From positions 36,766,001 through 36,830,000 of the forward strand of contig CM075982.1 in NCBI GenBank assembly GCA_038087875.1: 64,000 nt of DNA. The letters are read 5' to 3'. Below, piece by piece: positions 20,425 through 33,217 of this stretch. The translations under genes were made by a program, and so were the position numbers. Each line of letters begins with the position of its first letter. Position 1 is the first letter of the stretch. This DNA is from Malacoraja senta (taxonomy: Eukaryota). Below the pieces are notes generated by a model. The model ran no database searches and was not told the DNA's origin. It saw nothing but the letters and a program-made list of their open reading frames with translations.

Positions 20425-22850
20425 CTTTCAGCCACTTGCTTAAATTGAGTCTACTTCTACCCTAAAAATATTCAACGATTCTTCTGCCACCCTTTGAGGA
20501 TGTGATTTCCAGAATTATGACTTTCAAAACACAAAATTCCCTACATATTCAACATTAAATGGGCAACCATTTATATTTATAAAAATACTCCATGGTTCTA
20601 CCCACACGAGAAAAACCCTCTCCATGTCTATTCTACGAAGACATCCTTAGACTTTTATAGGCTTCAATTATGACCCTTCTCACCTTCTGAGTCTTCCAAA
20701 CGCTAGCAGACACAAGCTTTTCTTTACAAGACAGCCTTAGAATGACAGATATTAGTCCAGTATACCCGTGTACGAAAGAACTGCAGATGCTGGTTTAAAT
20801 CAAAGGTAGACACAAAATATTGGAGGAACTCTCTGGAGAAAAGGAATGGGTGATGTTTTGGGTCAAGACCCTTCTTCAATCTGAAGAATTGGAAGGGACC
20901 CTGAAGATTGAACCCTTCTTCAATCTGAAGGGTCTCGATCCGAAATGTCACCCATTCCTTCTCTCCAGAGATGTTGCCTGTCCCGCTCAGTTACTCCAGC
21001 ATTTTGTGCCTAGCCCAGTATACCTTCTCTGAACTGCTTTCTTAAATGAAACAAAGTGAACACAGTAGTCCAGATGTGGTCTCACCAATATCCTATTTAA
21101 CTGAAATATAACCTCCCTACTTGTGTATTCCAATTCCCTTGCAATAAATGATAACAATATTAACCTTCTTAATTGCTCGATCTACCTGCATAGTGGCCTT
21201 CTGTGAATCATTCATTAGGTTAACTAGATCCCTCTGCAACTCGGAGCTCTGCAGTCTCTCACTATTTGGATCATATGCTTCTTTATTTTTCCAGCCAAAA
21301 TGGGCAACTTCACATTTTCCAACGTAGAACACAGAACAGTACAACACAGAAACAGACCTTTGGCTCAATGTCAGTGCCAAACATGATACCAAGTTAAACT
21401 AATCTTCTCTACCCGCATGTGATCCATGTCCCTCTATTCCCTGCATATCCATCTGCCTATCGAAAAGCCCCTTAAAAATCACCCATGCACCACCTTACAA
21501 TTACCCACCGCTGTGTAAAAACTACATGCTGTGCAAATCTCCTTTAAACTTTCCCTTCTAGTCTTTGACAATTCCACCCTTGGAAAAGGTTCTGACCATC
21601 TACCCCATCTATGCCTCTCATCATTTTATATAATCTATCAGATCTCCCGACACTCCAGAGAAAACAATCCAATTTGTCCATTATGTCCTTGCAGCTAAAG
21701 CCCTATAATCCAAATAGCATTCCGATAAAGCTGTTCTGTACCCTCTTCAAAGCAATGCGACCAAACCAAAGTCCTTTAAAGCCGCAACATGACCTCCTGA
21801 CTCTTATACTGAAAGTTGAACCAATGAAGACAAGCATACTATGTGCTTTAATTACCTACTGTAGATTACCAGGTTCAGGGAGCTATAGACTTGGACCCCA
21901 AGATCCCCCTGTACATAATTGCTGTTAAGGGCGTATACTTGCCATTACATCTTTGATCTCCCAAAGTTTAACACCTAATTAACACACAATTAAACTCCAT
22001 CTGCTATTTCTAACCTTTTCTGTAGCTGATTTATATCCCACTATATATTTTGACAGCCGTTCTCAATGCCAGCAAGCCCACCAATGCTGATGTTGCCTAC
22101 AAATTTACTAACCAGCCCGTCTACAATTACGTCCAAGTCTTTATGTATAATTATACACAATTATACATAATAATGATATATCACAGAGGTTCCAGCACAG
22201 ATCCCCACAGACCTCCAATGGTCAGTGACCTCCAGCCAGAATAATATCCTTCCACCACAACCACCTTTGATGAGTAAGCAAGTTCTAAATCCAAACAAAT
22301 TCTAAAGTCTCCTTGGATCCAATTCATCTTCATCTTTTGAATTAGCCTGCCAGGAGGGACTTTATCAAATAACTTACTAGACATCAGTAGACAATATCCA
22401 CTCCCCCACCCGCATTGATTACCTTCATCAAACTCAACCACAAACAAAGTCATGCTGACTGTCTCTAATTAGCCCATTCTCTTTTAATTGAGTGTAAATC
22501 CTACCCCATAGAAACCTTTCCAATTGCTTCCCTATCACTGACGTGAGGTTCACTGACCTAAAATTTCCATTATCATCTTTATTTCCCTTTTTAAATAAAG
22601 GAACAAATAATCTACTCTCCAGTCCTCCGGGTGCTCATTTGTGGCAAGATACAAAGATCTTCATTAAGGCCACAGCAATCTCCATTGTTGTCTCTCTCAA
22701 TAACCTGTGAGAGATCCCATCAGGTCTTGGGGATTTATCCATCTTAATGCTCTTCAAGATCACCAACGCCACCTCCTTCTTGAACTCAAACTCCCCAAGC
22801 CTGTGTTCCCCACACTCTTCTCACCTTTCTCTCATGTCCTTCTGCTAGAC
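20425..22850 (-). mobile_element. Cluster of CR1 LINE fragments
   Basis: GKCEVAHFG, ELQRDL, LFDKVPPGRLIQK, YSGWRSLTIG..GSVLEPL; internal agaac-repeat 3' tail at ~21330. Confidence 0.8.
20767..21010. mobile_element. Penelope-derived fold-back element inside CR1
   Basis: Inverted arms; TSD ccagtatacc at 20757-20766 and 21015-21024. Confidence 0.8.
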
Positions 22851-23040
22851 ACGATATTTCATTCTTCAGATCGTTGCCTTCCTTAATTCATCTGCCGCCT
22901 TGTGTCATCCTTATATACTTTCACTATTTGCATTTTTAATAATCTTTATGCCATCAGAAAATTCTATCATAATAACTGGAAAACTGTTTTGTACTTTTCT
23001 TACGAACTGCTTCAGGCAAAGGCCTTAAAACAGTCATCTA

Positions 23041-24462
23041 CAGTGCATTCAGAAAGTATTCAGACCCCTTCACCTTTTCCACATTTTGTTACGTTACAGC
23101 CTTAATCTAAAATGGATTAAATTCATTTTTTTTAAATCATCAATCTACACACAATACCCCATAATAAAAAAGCGAGAACAGGTGTTTAGAATTTTTTTGC
23201 AAAGTAATAAAAAAGAAATAACTGAAATATCACATTTACATAAGTATTCAGACCCTTTACTCAGTACTTTGTTGAGACAGCCTCAAGTCTTCTTGGGTAT
23301 GAGGCTACAAGCTTGTCACACCTGTATTTGGGTAATTTCACCCATTCTTCTCTGCAGATCCTCTCAAGTGTCAGGTTGGATTGGGGGGGGGGGGGGCGTC
23401 GATGCAGCACTATTTTCAGGTCTCTCCAGAGATGTTCGATCGTTTCAAGTCCGGACTCTGGCTGGGCCACTCAAGGACATTCACAGACTTGTCACGAAGC
23501 CACTCCTGCTTTGTCTTGGCTGTGTGCTTAGGGTTGTTGTCCTGTTGGAAGGTGAACCTCCGCCCCAGTCTGAGGTCCAGAACGCTCTGGAGCAGGTTTT
23601 AATCAAGGTTCTCTCTGTACTTTGCTCCGTTCATCTTTCTCTCGATCCTGACTAGTCTCCCAGTTCCTGCCGTTGAAAAACATCCCCACAGCATGATGCT
23701 GCCACCACCATGTTTCATCACGTCTGGTTTCCTCCAGACGTGATGCTTGGCATTCAGGCCAAAGAGTTCAATCTTGGTTTCATCAGACCAGAGAATCTTG
23801 TTTCTCATGGTCTGAGAGTCTTTAAGGTGCCTTTTAGCAAACTCCAAGCGGGATGTCATGCGCCTTTTACTGAGGAGTGGCTTCCGATCGGCCACTCTAC
23901 CATAAAGGCCTGATTGGTGGAGTGCTGCAAATATAGTTGTCCTTCTGGAAGTTTCTCCCATCTCCACAGAGGAACTCTAGAGCTCTGTCAGCGTGACCAT
24001 CGGGTTCTTGGTCACCTCCCTGACCAAGGCCCTTCTTCCCCGATTACTCAGTTTGGCCGGGCGGCCAGCTCTATGAAAAGTCCTGGCGTTTCCAAAGTTC
24101 TTCCATTTAAGAATGGCGGAGGCCACTGTGCTCTTCTGGACCTGCAATTCTGCAGAAATTGTTTTATACCGTTCCCCAGATCTGTGTCTTGACACAATCC
24201 TGTCTCGGAGGTCTACGGACAATGACTTCGTCTTCATGGCTTGGTTTTTGCTCTGACATGCACTGTCAACTGTGGGACCTTATATAGACAGGTGTGTGCC
24301 TTTCCAAATCATGTCCAATCAATTTAATTTACCACTGGTGAACTCCAAACAAGTTGCAGGAACATCAAGGGTAATCAATGGAAACAGGATGAACCCAAGC
24401 TCAATTTTGAGTGTCATAGCAAAGGGTCTGAATACTTATGTAAGTGTGATATTTCAGGGTTT
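23041..24462 (-). mobile_element. Tc1-family (DD34E-type, long IR/DR TIR) transposon, decayed transposase
   Basis: TA|CAGTGCATTCAGAAAGTATTCAGACCC left end; [65 protein letters not shown]; frameshifts; right TIR truncated by L1-like tail. Confidence 0.95.
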
Positions 24463-24810
24463 TTTTTAAATATTTTAATTTTATTAGAAGTACAATTGTA
24501 TACAATCATATTTTCATAACACATTTTACGTACAACTTCTTATTTTTTAATTTTTATAATAAAGAAGAAAAAGAAAAAGAAGTTAGATAATGAAAAATAG
24601 AAAAATGTGAGATATATAGTGTTTGGAAAAGAAAAATAGAGAGTGAAAGAAGAAAGTTAAAGAATAGAAAATAGGAAAAAGAGAATAAAAGAAGAAAAGG
24701 GAAGAAAGAGAAAAAAGGAGATCTTATTTATAATCTTGACCATCCATCGCCCAGTAACGAGTTAGCTTTTACAATTGTGTTGCACCATATGATTCCAAAA
24801 AGACGACAAT
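24463..24810 (-). mobile_element. L1/Tx1-like LINE 3' UTR with polyA
   Basis: Reverse strand: ..FLESYGATQL*, pyrimidine-rich UTR, ttctaataaaa..polyA; similar tail at 49893-50140. Confidence 0.6.
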
Positions 24811-24829
24811 TTTTTTTTTTTAAGACGAC

Positions 24830-25271
24830 AAATTTCTGTTTTAGCCAGATTTATCACTTGTGAGACTTTTTAGATACCAAAGGAATCAAGAAAAAACACA
24901 AATAATGCCTTACAGTTGATGAAATGCAGTGAGCAAATGCGATAATTTCCAATATTTTCAATTTTCTATATCTGCACGGCCAATGTTCGCCAAGCACTTT
25001 AGCTGTTGTTGTCCCTTCAGCTCTCGCTTCTCTTTACCTTCATTTTGCTTCACTTTTGTAATTCTGAAATTGGGTACACGTCTCTCACGCTTACCCCGAC
25101 TTCCACAATTTTTTACAGCGCAAAAACAACATTTTGGCAGTTTTTAACAGGTAGGAAAGTACGCGTTTCGTGTATTAACAACATATACCGGAAGCTGCGA
25201 TGTCCTCCAGATGGATTGAGCGGCTCCGTGCGTCAAGCCCTATGACCCTGTGACCTTACGTGCAACCCCCC
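24830..25271 (-). mobile_element. DNA-transposon remnant encoding a THAP zinc-finger exon (24914-~25132)
   Basis: CAVKNCGSRGKRERRVPNFRITKVKQNEGKEKRELKGQQQLKCLANIGRADI/ENIGNYRICSLHFIN then GTAAG donor; C2CH THAP signature; end TATA|GGGGGGTTGCACG. Confidence 0.75.
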
Positions 25272-25299
25272 TATAACTGCAAGGGCTACATATATCTAA

Positions 25300-25915
25300 G
25301 ATGTTGCAACACAAAAATGTAGTTGGCAGCAGATTACCTCAGGCAGAGGTTTCCTAATATGTTGGCTAGGGAGAGGTATGAGCCCAAGAGTGCTACATGG
25401 TTGCGAACTAATTAACTGACAGTGGAGGGGGGAGCGAGGGCAGGGACTAGGGAGATTTTTGTAAAGAGTTATCTAAAATAGGAGAATTCACAATTTAGTT
25501 GCGAATTGTGGAACTAGTTAACCAACCTTTAGTGAGGAAAGAGGGGGAGGAAGGGTGGGGGGATGGGAAGCGGGGGAGAGCCAAGACAAGGGAGGTTTTC
25601 ATAAGAGTTACCTAAAATTGGAGAATACCGTTGGGTTGTAAACTACATAAGTGAACCAAGTGGTTAACTAGTTCCACCTTTCGCAATTAAGTATCCCTCT
25701 TGGGCTCACATCTGTCCCTGGCCAAAGTCAGCTGACCAGGGATCCTCCTTGCCCGGGGTCCTGTTGCCGACCCTGATTTGTCTTTTTTTTCCCCCTTCGC
25801 TTCCAGTTTTTTCCTTCCCACTCCAGCTAATTAGTCTGAAGAAGGGTCCCAACCCAAAATGTCACCTATCCATTCTCTCCAGAGATGCTGCCTGACCTGC
25901 TGAATTACACCAGCA
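25300..25915. mobile_element. Rearranged Penelope-like 3' region with terminal repeat
   Basis: gagttacctaaaattggagaat (reverse PLE ORF end) twice; inverted gagcccaagag/ctcttgggctc; tail with mutated hammerhead-like core at ~25836. Confidence 0.65.
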
Positions 25916-26129
25916 TATATATATCTTATCCCTCAGAATACACTGGTCTAGGGCTCCCAGGCTTTTTGTTGCATCCCTTCTTAAGTAGAGGCATAACATT
26001 AACCACCCTCCAATCTTCAGTTCCTATCTCCTGCCCTCCCCTTTGCCCTCCTTAAGTATGTTCCGCAGTTCCAGAAATTCCTGCATGGATACACGTGATC
26101 CCAGCTGCCTATACCTGTCCTATACTTCC

Positions 26130-26530
26130 TTTTTCCTGACCAGTGCCTCAATGCATACCGGGTATGTGTAACACTTTGTTTCCTGAAGTTGATCACTATC
26201 TCCTTTGATTTGCTGACAATGAGAAAAAATGTTGTCTTGACACGAGGCCATAAGGTTCTCAATGTCCATCCTGTTCCCCGTCTCGTCATTATTTGATATG
26301 CGGCCCACAACGTGTCATTCGTAAATTAATAAATTGAATAGGATTTGTACTTGGCTGCACAGTCATGGGTGTATAGGGAGTGAAGAAGGGGGCTGAGAAT
26401 GCATCCTTGCGAGCTCGAGTGTTAGGGGATTATTGTAGAGGATGATTTGTCCTTTATCTTGATCGTGGTCGTTTGGTCATGAAGTCGTGGATCCAGTCAC
26501 AGAGATGAGTGCTGACTCCAAGTTTCACTT
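26130..26530 (-). mobile_element. Rex1 RT fragment
   Basis: GRISNNDETGNRMDIENLMASCQDN; SKSKEIVINFRK. Confidence 0.8.
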
Positions 26531-26559
26531 GTCTGGTCATGACTTTGGATGGGTTAACG

Positions 26560-27310
26560 GAAGTCCCACCTGCCTATACTTGGCCCATAACCCTCAAAAT
26601 ATATCCCTATATATGTACTTATCCAAATGTCTCTTAAATGTTATGATAGTTCCTGTCTCAACTACCTCCACCAGCAGTTTGTTCCATATACCCAACAACC
26701 TTTATGTAAAAATGTTACCCCTCAGGTTCCTATTAAATCTTCCCCTGCTCATCTTAAACCTACGTCCTCTGGTTCTTGATTCCCCTACTCTGGGTAGATG
26801 TGCATTTACCCGACCTATTCCTCTCATGATTTTGTACACCTCCATAAGATCATCCTTCAATCCTCCTGCTCTCCAAGGAATAAAGTCCTATCCTTCTCAA
26901 CCACTCCCTGTAGCTCAGGCCCTCGAGTATTGGTAACATCCTCATATATAATCTCTGCACCCTTTCTTGACAATATCTTTCCTATAGTGTTCAAAATTGA
27001 TACAATATCTGACTGAGATATCTGACTGATGAAGGCCTATGTGCCGAAAGCCTCTTTGACCACCCTACCTACTTATGATGCCACTTTCAAGGAACTATGT
27101 ACCTGGACTCCTAGATCCCTTTGCGCTACAATATTCTCCAGAGCCGTAACATTCAGTGTGTGTGTCATGCCCTTGTTTGACTTCCCAAAAATCTGACCAA
27201 CCTTGTAGCTAATGCCCTTAATCCAAGCATCCTTCTAGTAAAACTGCACCCTTTCCAAAGCCTCCACATCCTACATATATAGGGGTGACCAGAAATGCAT
27301 GCAATACTCC
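26560..27310 (-). mobile_element. CR1 3' fragments
   Basis: Reverse strand: gaggtgtacaaaatcatgagagg, atttaataggaacctgagggg, ttatgggccaag. Confidence 0.8.
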
Positions 27311-28359
27311 AATTCATTGAATTGCAGGGAGAATATACTTCATACTTAACTGATAAACAACTGATAAGGTGTTGTAGAATATTATGAAACTGAAATTAAA
27401 AACAATTGTAAGAAGGGTTGCATGCTGGTAGATGCAAGAAAGACTTGCAAGGAAGACCACTGGAATTCCGATGTTTTAAGATGTTATTCGATCTCCATCC
27501 TCAAGGCATGTCTATTTTGAAGATTTCCTCATCCTTATCTCTCCACTTATCTTCTCACTTTAAGACAGCAGATGTACCCTTGACTTTGGCACCACTATGG
27601 TACCATCCAGGATTTTAAATGGTTTCAAAATGATCTCCACAAGTTTAATTCTATTTACTACTTAAATTGTGAACGATTCATTTATTAAAATTAAACTCAA
27701 TGATATTGATCAATCCTAAATAATTGATTGCCCATCAATAAAATAAATTTAAATTAGTTAAAATATTTATATAGTGCCTATTTATATAGTGCCCGTTTCT
27801 CAAATGTCATATCCTCTTACTGCACAAATGACACCAGGACTAAATTCTGAACATGTTGTTTTGGAACGTTCAGAGGGGGCAAGGCAGTTGAGTTGATAAA
27901 GTAGATTTTAAAATATGTAGTCAATAAAAATGACAACCATAAAACCACGGGTTTATCATCTATCTTGCTCAATGCTGCCCATCAGGAAAGGAAATCTGCC
28001 AACCTGTTCATTATTTACTCCAGATTGATTCTCTCATGGCTTTAGAAATGGCCTGGGATGGACAATATACTTGGCCAACAATGCCTATGTCCCAGAAGCC
28101 AGTAAGTATATAAAAACATAATATTTTCCACATCTGAATTTAGTACCTGCAATATCCCTTCTGCATGGTCACTTGAAGATGATAACAGTTATAAGCATCC
28201 AAAAATCAACCTTAAATTTGGGTCCCACAAAAGACAGAAACAATAGGGGGACAGTTTAAATGGTGAAACTGAAAGTCGGATTACAAAATGCCACAAGAAT
28301 AAATCTTACGACTTTCTTTGCGAGTTCTTTTCCTTTGTGTGTTCACAATGGTCCATTTC

Positions 28360-29098
28360 CTAGCCAAAGGAGCTTGTCATCGACTTCAGGAAGTGTGGGG
28401 CATACAGTCTGTATAAATTTGACTGAAGTGTAAATGGTCCAGAACTTTAAGTTCAGAGTTGTAAATATCACCAATTTGTTCTGGTTCAACCACGTTGACG
28501 CTGTAGTCAATCAGGCCCATCGATGCTTCAACTTGCTCAGAAGACCAAGAAAATCCAGCAGGTCTCCAATGACACCCACGGATTTCTACTGATGCACCGG
28601 AGTAAGTATCCTATCCAGATGCATCACAGCATGGTATGGCAACTGCTCTGCACAAGACCACAATAAATTGCATAGTTCTGAGCGCAGCCCAGTTCAACAC
28701 ACAGACCAGCCACTCTTCGCACCTCCTCCAAAGTTGATTCCATCTACACTTCAAGTTCCTTGGGAAAGCAGCTAACATAACCAAGAACCACAAAAACACT
28801 GGTCATTCTTTCTCCCATTGTGCAGAAGCTACAAAAGCTTGAAAGCACATACCTCCAGATTCAGGAATAGCTTCTTCCCTGTTGTTATTAGACTTGAACG
28901 GACTTCTCATATGCCACGGGTGTATTCCTGATCTCTCATTGCAGCCCTTGCACTTTAAAAAACATCTGTACTTTCTCTGTAGCTGCAACACTACCTTCTG
29001 CACTTTATTTTCTCTTTTGCTCTGCCTAATGTATGGTATGATGTGCTTGGATGACATGCAAAACCTGGTTTTGTACTAAAGCACATAACAATAATAAA
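28360..29098 (+). mobile_element. Rex1 LINE 3' end
   Basis: KELVIDFRK, ILSRCITAWYGNCSAQDH, RFRNSFFPVVIR; tail acataacaataataaa. Confidence 0.85.
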
Positions 29099-30139
29099 AT
29101 TTTCAGCCTGGATTATTGTGCTGCTACGAAGAAAAATGTATACCAGCCATTAATATTTTTGCTCTGAAACACAGGCAACTCATTAGGTGTAAAGGACCAG
29201 CATCTACCTCTTAACAAATGTCAGTATTTCAACAGTTGCCATGTTCACCTCGTTTTATTAAAATCACTTCTTTCCACAATTACCTTCAGAATCCCAAATA
29301 TGAAGTCAGTTCATTTGAAAAAGAGAGAAGTTTTCCCACAAGTTCTAGTGAATAAGAACAGATAGCAAGAAATAGTTAGCTGTCAGAGGAAACAAAATCC
29401 ATGAAGTCGCATTCAATTTAAGATTTTTTTTAAAAGCCATGACCTGGGAGACTATTCTGCTTGTTTCTTTTTTACTTTGTCCCAAATCCATACCCCATCA
29501 TTCAGATGAAAATGCAAAAGCATAAAAATATTTTAAATTACACAGTGTCCCGACTTAGACATCACCACTATCTCCAGACTGCTGCATCAAAATTCTAGCA
29601 TTTCTGAAAGACAATCCAGCAGAAATGCCCTCACCACACCAACAATAGCAGCTTAAGCTGGGTCACCGTCGTCTCCAAGGACAACAAAAAATAGGTGAAA
29701 GAAATGCCAGCATTACTTATGAATCTTATATTCAGATTTTAAATGTAGCAGAGCAGGTAACCGCAAATCTCAATGGACAACTATAAATCCAGAATTCTAT
29801 GAAAATCTATGCAGTATCTGTTCAGCACTGGATAATAAAGGCAAGGAAACAAAGTGAGATACAGAATCTCGCTTTAAGGCATTGTCTTTGATATCTAAAC
29901 AAAAGTTTGCTATATGACCCCAATAGTAAGTAGTTGAAAATCAAATTATAACTAACTGATAAAATTGCTTAATAGTTATTACACCTTTACACGTCATTAG
30001 GATAAGTTGAGAGTAGAAAGGGGCATCAGGATACTCACGAGGGATGGTGGAAAATGATTAAAATGTGCACATGAAAGAAAGCAAAATGAATTGCAAATTG
30101 ATATGTTAAATTTCCTTAGTTTCCAAAGGAAATAGAGGT

Positions 30140-30320
30140 ATTGGTGTGCCACCTTGACTGCTCCGGTTTCCACCACATTTCAAAGATGTGTAGGTTTGTC
30201 AGTTAATTGGTCGCTAGTGTATAGGTTATAATTAATGTAATGGGTGATTGTTGGTCGGCGTGGAGTTGGTGGGCCAAAAAAGGGCATATTTCCACTCTGT
30301 ATCTATAAACAAATCTAAAT
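30140..30320 (+). mobile_element. Partial HE1-type SINE
   Basis: tgctccggtttccaccacatttcaaagatgt..ggtcggcgtggagttggtgggcc..ctgtatct. Confidence 0.65.
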
Positions 30321-30554
30321 ATTTAATCACCAAATCTTAAATGAGGTTACCCAATTCACTTATAATAAGTGCTTCCCACTGCGCCACTGCAATAGAAATA
30401 AAGATGCTTTGAGAATTAAGAGATATAGCTATGGATATGCTCTCATAGGTTAGAACTAGTTCCTAACACTTGCATTAATTAAACAACTGATTTTAGATCC
30501 GTTTCAGCAATCTTATTTTTCTTTTATTCACTGCCAAAAGTTAAGTAAAAAAAG

Positions 30555-30833
30555 TCTAGGCCAACCTCCCTAATTCTCCCAGTCTTTGCCGAGCCAGCAA
30601 TCCCCGCACATTAACACTATCCTACACACACTAGAGACAATTTACATTTATACCAAGCCAATTAACCTACAAACCTGTATGTCTTTGGAGCGTGGGAGGA
30701 AAACGACAATTTCCGAGAAAAACTAGGCGGTCACGGGGAGAACTTACGAACTCTGTACAGACAGCACCCGTACTCAGAACCGAACTCTGGTGTTGCAAGG
30801 CAGCAACTCTACTGCTGCACCACCATGCCGCCC
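30555..30833 (-). mobile_element. HE1-type V-SINE
   Basis: Reverse-complement match to 1932-2207. Confidence 0.85.
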
Positions 30834-31549
30834 CTATATAGCCTTAGATAAAGTGGGAATAATACCTGGAGAATATGAAAAAAGAACGGCAACTACTTTA
30901 ACCTTAGGAATCCCTCCTTCAAATTTTAAACATTACAAAATTGATAACGCAGAACAGTCCATTGTACAATTATCAATTTGTTTAAAAAGCGATAGGATAA
31001 TTGATACCATAATTCCATTCAAGCAGCAGGTTTTTAAACTATTCATAAAAGCAATGCAAATAAGAAGAATGCTATCTACAGGTTGTCAAGGGATTTTGTA
31101 ATGAACACTGATGGGATTAAGTGCCCTCATAATCCCTGATGCAGATTTAATTACCAGATACAAAAAAATCCTATGAGATTTATAATGCAACTATAAACTG
31201 CATCACAAATGAGTTCTGCACTTGCTGTGGTTCTGTTTGGGCGCACTTTCTCAACCGAGTGCTGATTAATTAATCTGTGAACATGAGCTGGGGATCACCA
31301 GGTAATAAGTGGCAGCATTTAAATAGGGAAATATGTAGAGGAACACCGCTGAGACAGCAGGAACAAATTAAATAGTTAATTTAAGTGGACTAAGTATTAC
31401 TCATCAGGCAAGCACAAGATTAACCAGTTGTAATCTTAAGAGGAGCAATGCAGTGCATCAAATAATGCAGCACTCAGATTCTCATGTGGGGTTTTGATTT
31501 AGATGTTGCTATTATTTGGAAACACATTAATAAAAATATAGGGATGATC

Positions 31550-32320
31550 TTAGGTGGACACAAAATGCTGGAGTAACTCAGCGGGACAGGCAGCATCTCT
31601 GGAGAGAAGGAATGGGTGACGTTTCGGGTCGAGACACTTCTTCAGACTGATGTCATGGGAGTGGGCGGGACAATGATAGAATGCAGTTGGAGACAGTAAG
31701 ACTGGTGGGAGAACTGGGCAGGGGGAGGGGATGGAGAGAGAGGGAAAGCAAGGGCTATTTGAAGTTAGAGAAGTCAATGTTCATACTGCTGGGGTGGAAG
31801 CTACCCAAGCAAAATATGAGGTGCTGTTCCTCCAATTTGTGCTGGGCCTCACTCTGACAATGGAGGAGGCCCAGGAAAGAAAGGTCAGATTGGGAATGGG
31901 AGGGGGATTAAAGTGCTGAGCAACCAAGAGATCGGGTAGGTTAAGGCAGAACGAGCAGAGGTGAAACTCTGCCTCACCTGAAAAGACTGTCGGGGTCCTT
32001 GGAATGAGTCGAGGGGGAGGTAAAGGGACAGGTGCTGCATCTCCTGAGGTTGCAGGGGAAAGTACCTGGGGAGGGGGTGGTTTGGGTGGGAAGGGACGAA
32101 TTGACCAGGAAGTTGCAGAGGGAAACAGTCTCTGCGGAAAGCAGAAAGGGGTGGAGATGGGAAGATGTGGCCAGTAGTGGGATCCCGTTGGAGGTGGCAA
32201 AAGTGTTGGAGGATTATATGCTGTATGCGACGGCTGATGAGGTGGAAGGTGAGGACTCTGTCCTTGTTGTGAACGGGGGGGGGGGGGGGGGAGGGGGAGC
32301 AAGAGCTGAGCTGCGGGATA
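31550..32320 (-). mobile_element. Penelope-like element 3' part (GIY-YIG region, internally deleted) plus terminal repeat
   Basis: ggacccc..gtcttttcaggtgaggcagagtttcacct; ctttcctgggcctcctccattgt; tail with CTGAAGA..GAAACGTC. Confidence 0.85.
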
Positions 32321-33217
32321 TCTTATATATCTAAAGGATGAAGAAAACAATATTTAACAGAACCAAATTACCCTGGTCATCTAGAGTAAGAGGAATGTAT
32401 CTTGCCTGAGACACAGACTGCAGAGTTAAATTGGAATACCCAAAGATACAGATGTAAATCATAGGTTAAGTGATGTCAAATCATACAAATTGATAAGGAT
32501 ACTGTGACTTGAAACCTCAGCTGAAGGCAAAATATTAAAACAAACTTGTGACAGTCAAGTCTCGTTTGGCAACAATAGTAAAGAAATCTGGGCAACCGCC
32601 TATGCAAAATTAAAGGACTGCTGCAGTCTCCAGCAGTGTTTCCTCTGAATGCATTTTTAATCAAAGATAAGAATAGCAGACAAATCACAATATTCTTTTG
32701 AAGAACAAAGAGTTTGCCTGACCATCATTCCATCTCAACTAATCGTCAGCTGGAAGGAGATTGTGCTACTTTCATTAGATTTATCTTTGCAATGAGTTGC
32801 AGAAAATATTATTGACTTCACTGAATGCAGTAAATGCAAGTAATGGCATTTAGGGTTGGAAAACCCCCAAATATAATAAAGGAGATCAACAACAAAAATC
32901 AAACATAGGTGCATAGCTACAGAAATGAAGACAAATATCGATGACAATTTGTCCCTTTTCAAACTAATATTGATTCTGAAATAACCCTACACGGGTAAGC
33001 AATAAATTTGTAGCTGAATGAATTAACTGTTTGCCTGTCCCGATATTCTGATTTGGAATGATAGATGTGTCAGGAGTTGGGCACTGCACCTTGCAGACAA
33101 ATGGCCCAAATGAGATGCAATTAGATGCTCAAGCAATGGCAGGTTTACTGTTGTGTTTATGCAAAGTATACAGACAGCTAAACTCTATCAACATGTAAAA
33201 CTGAGATCCTTAAATCT

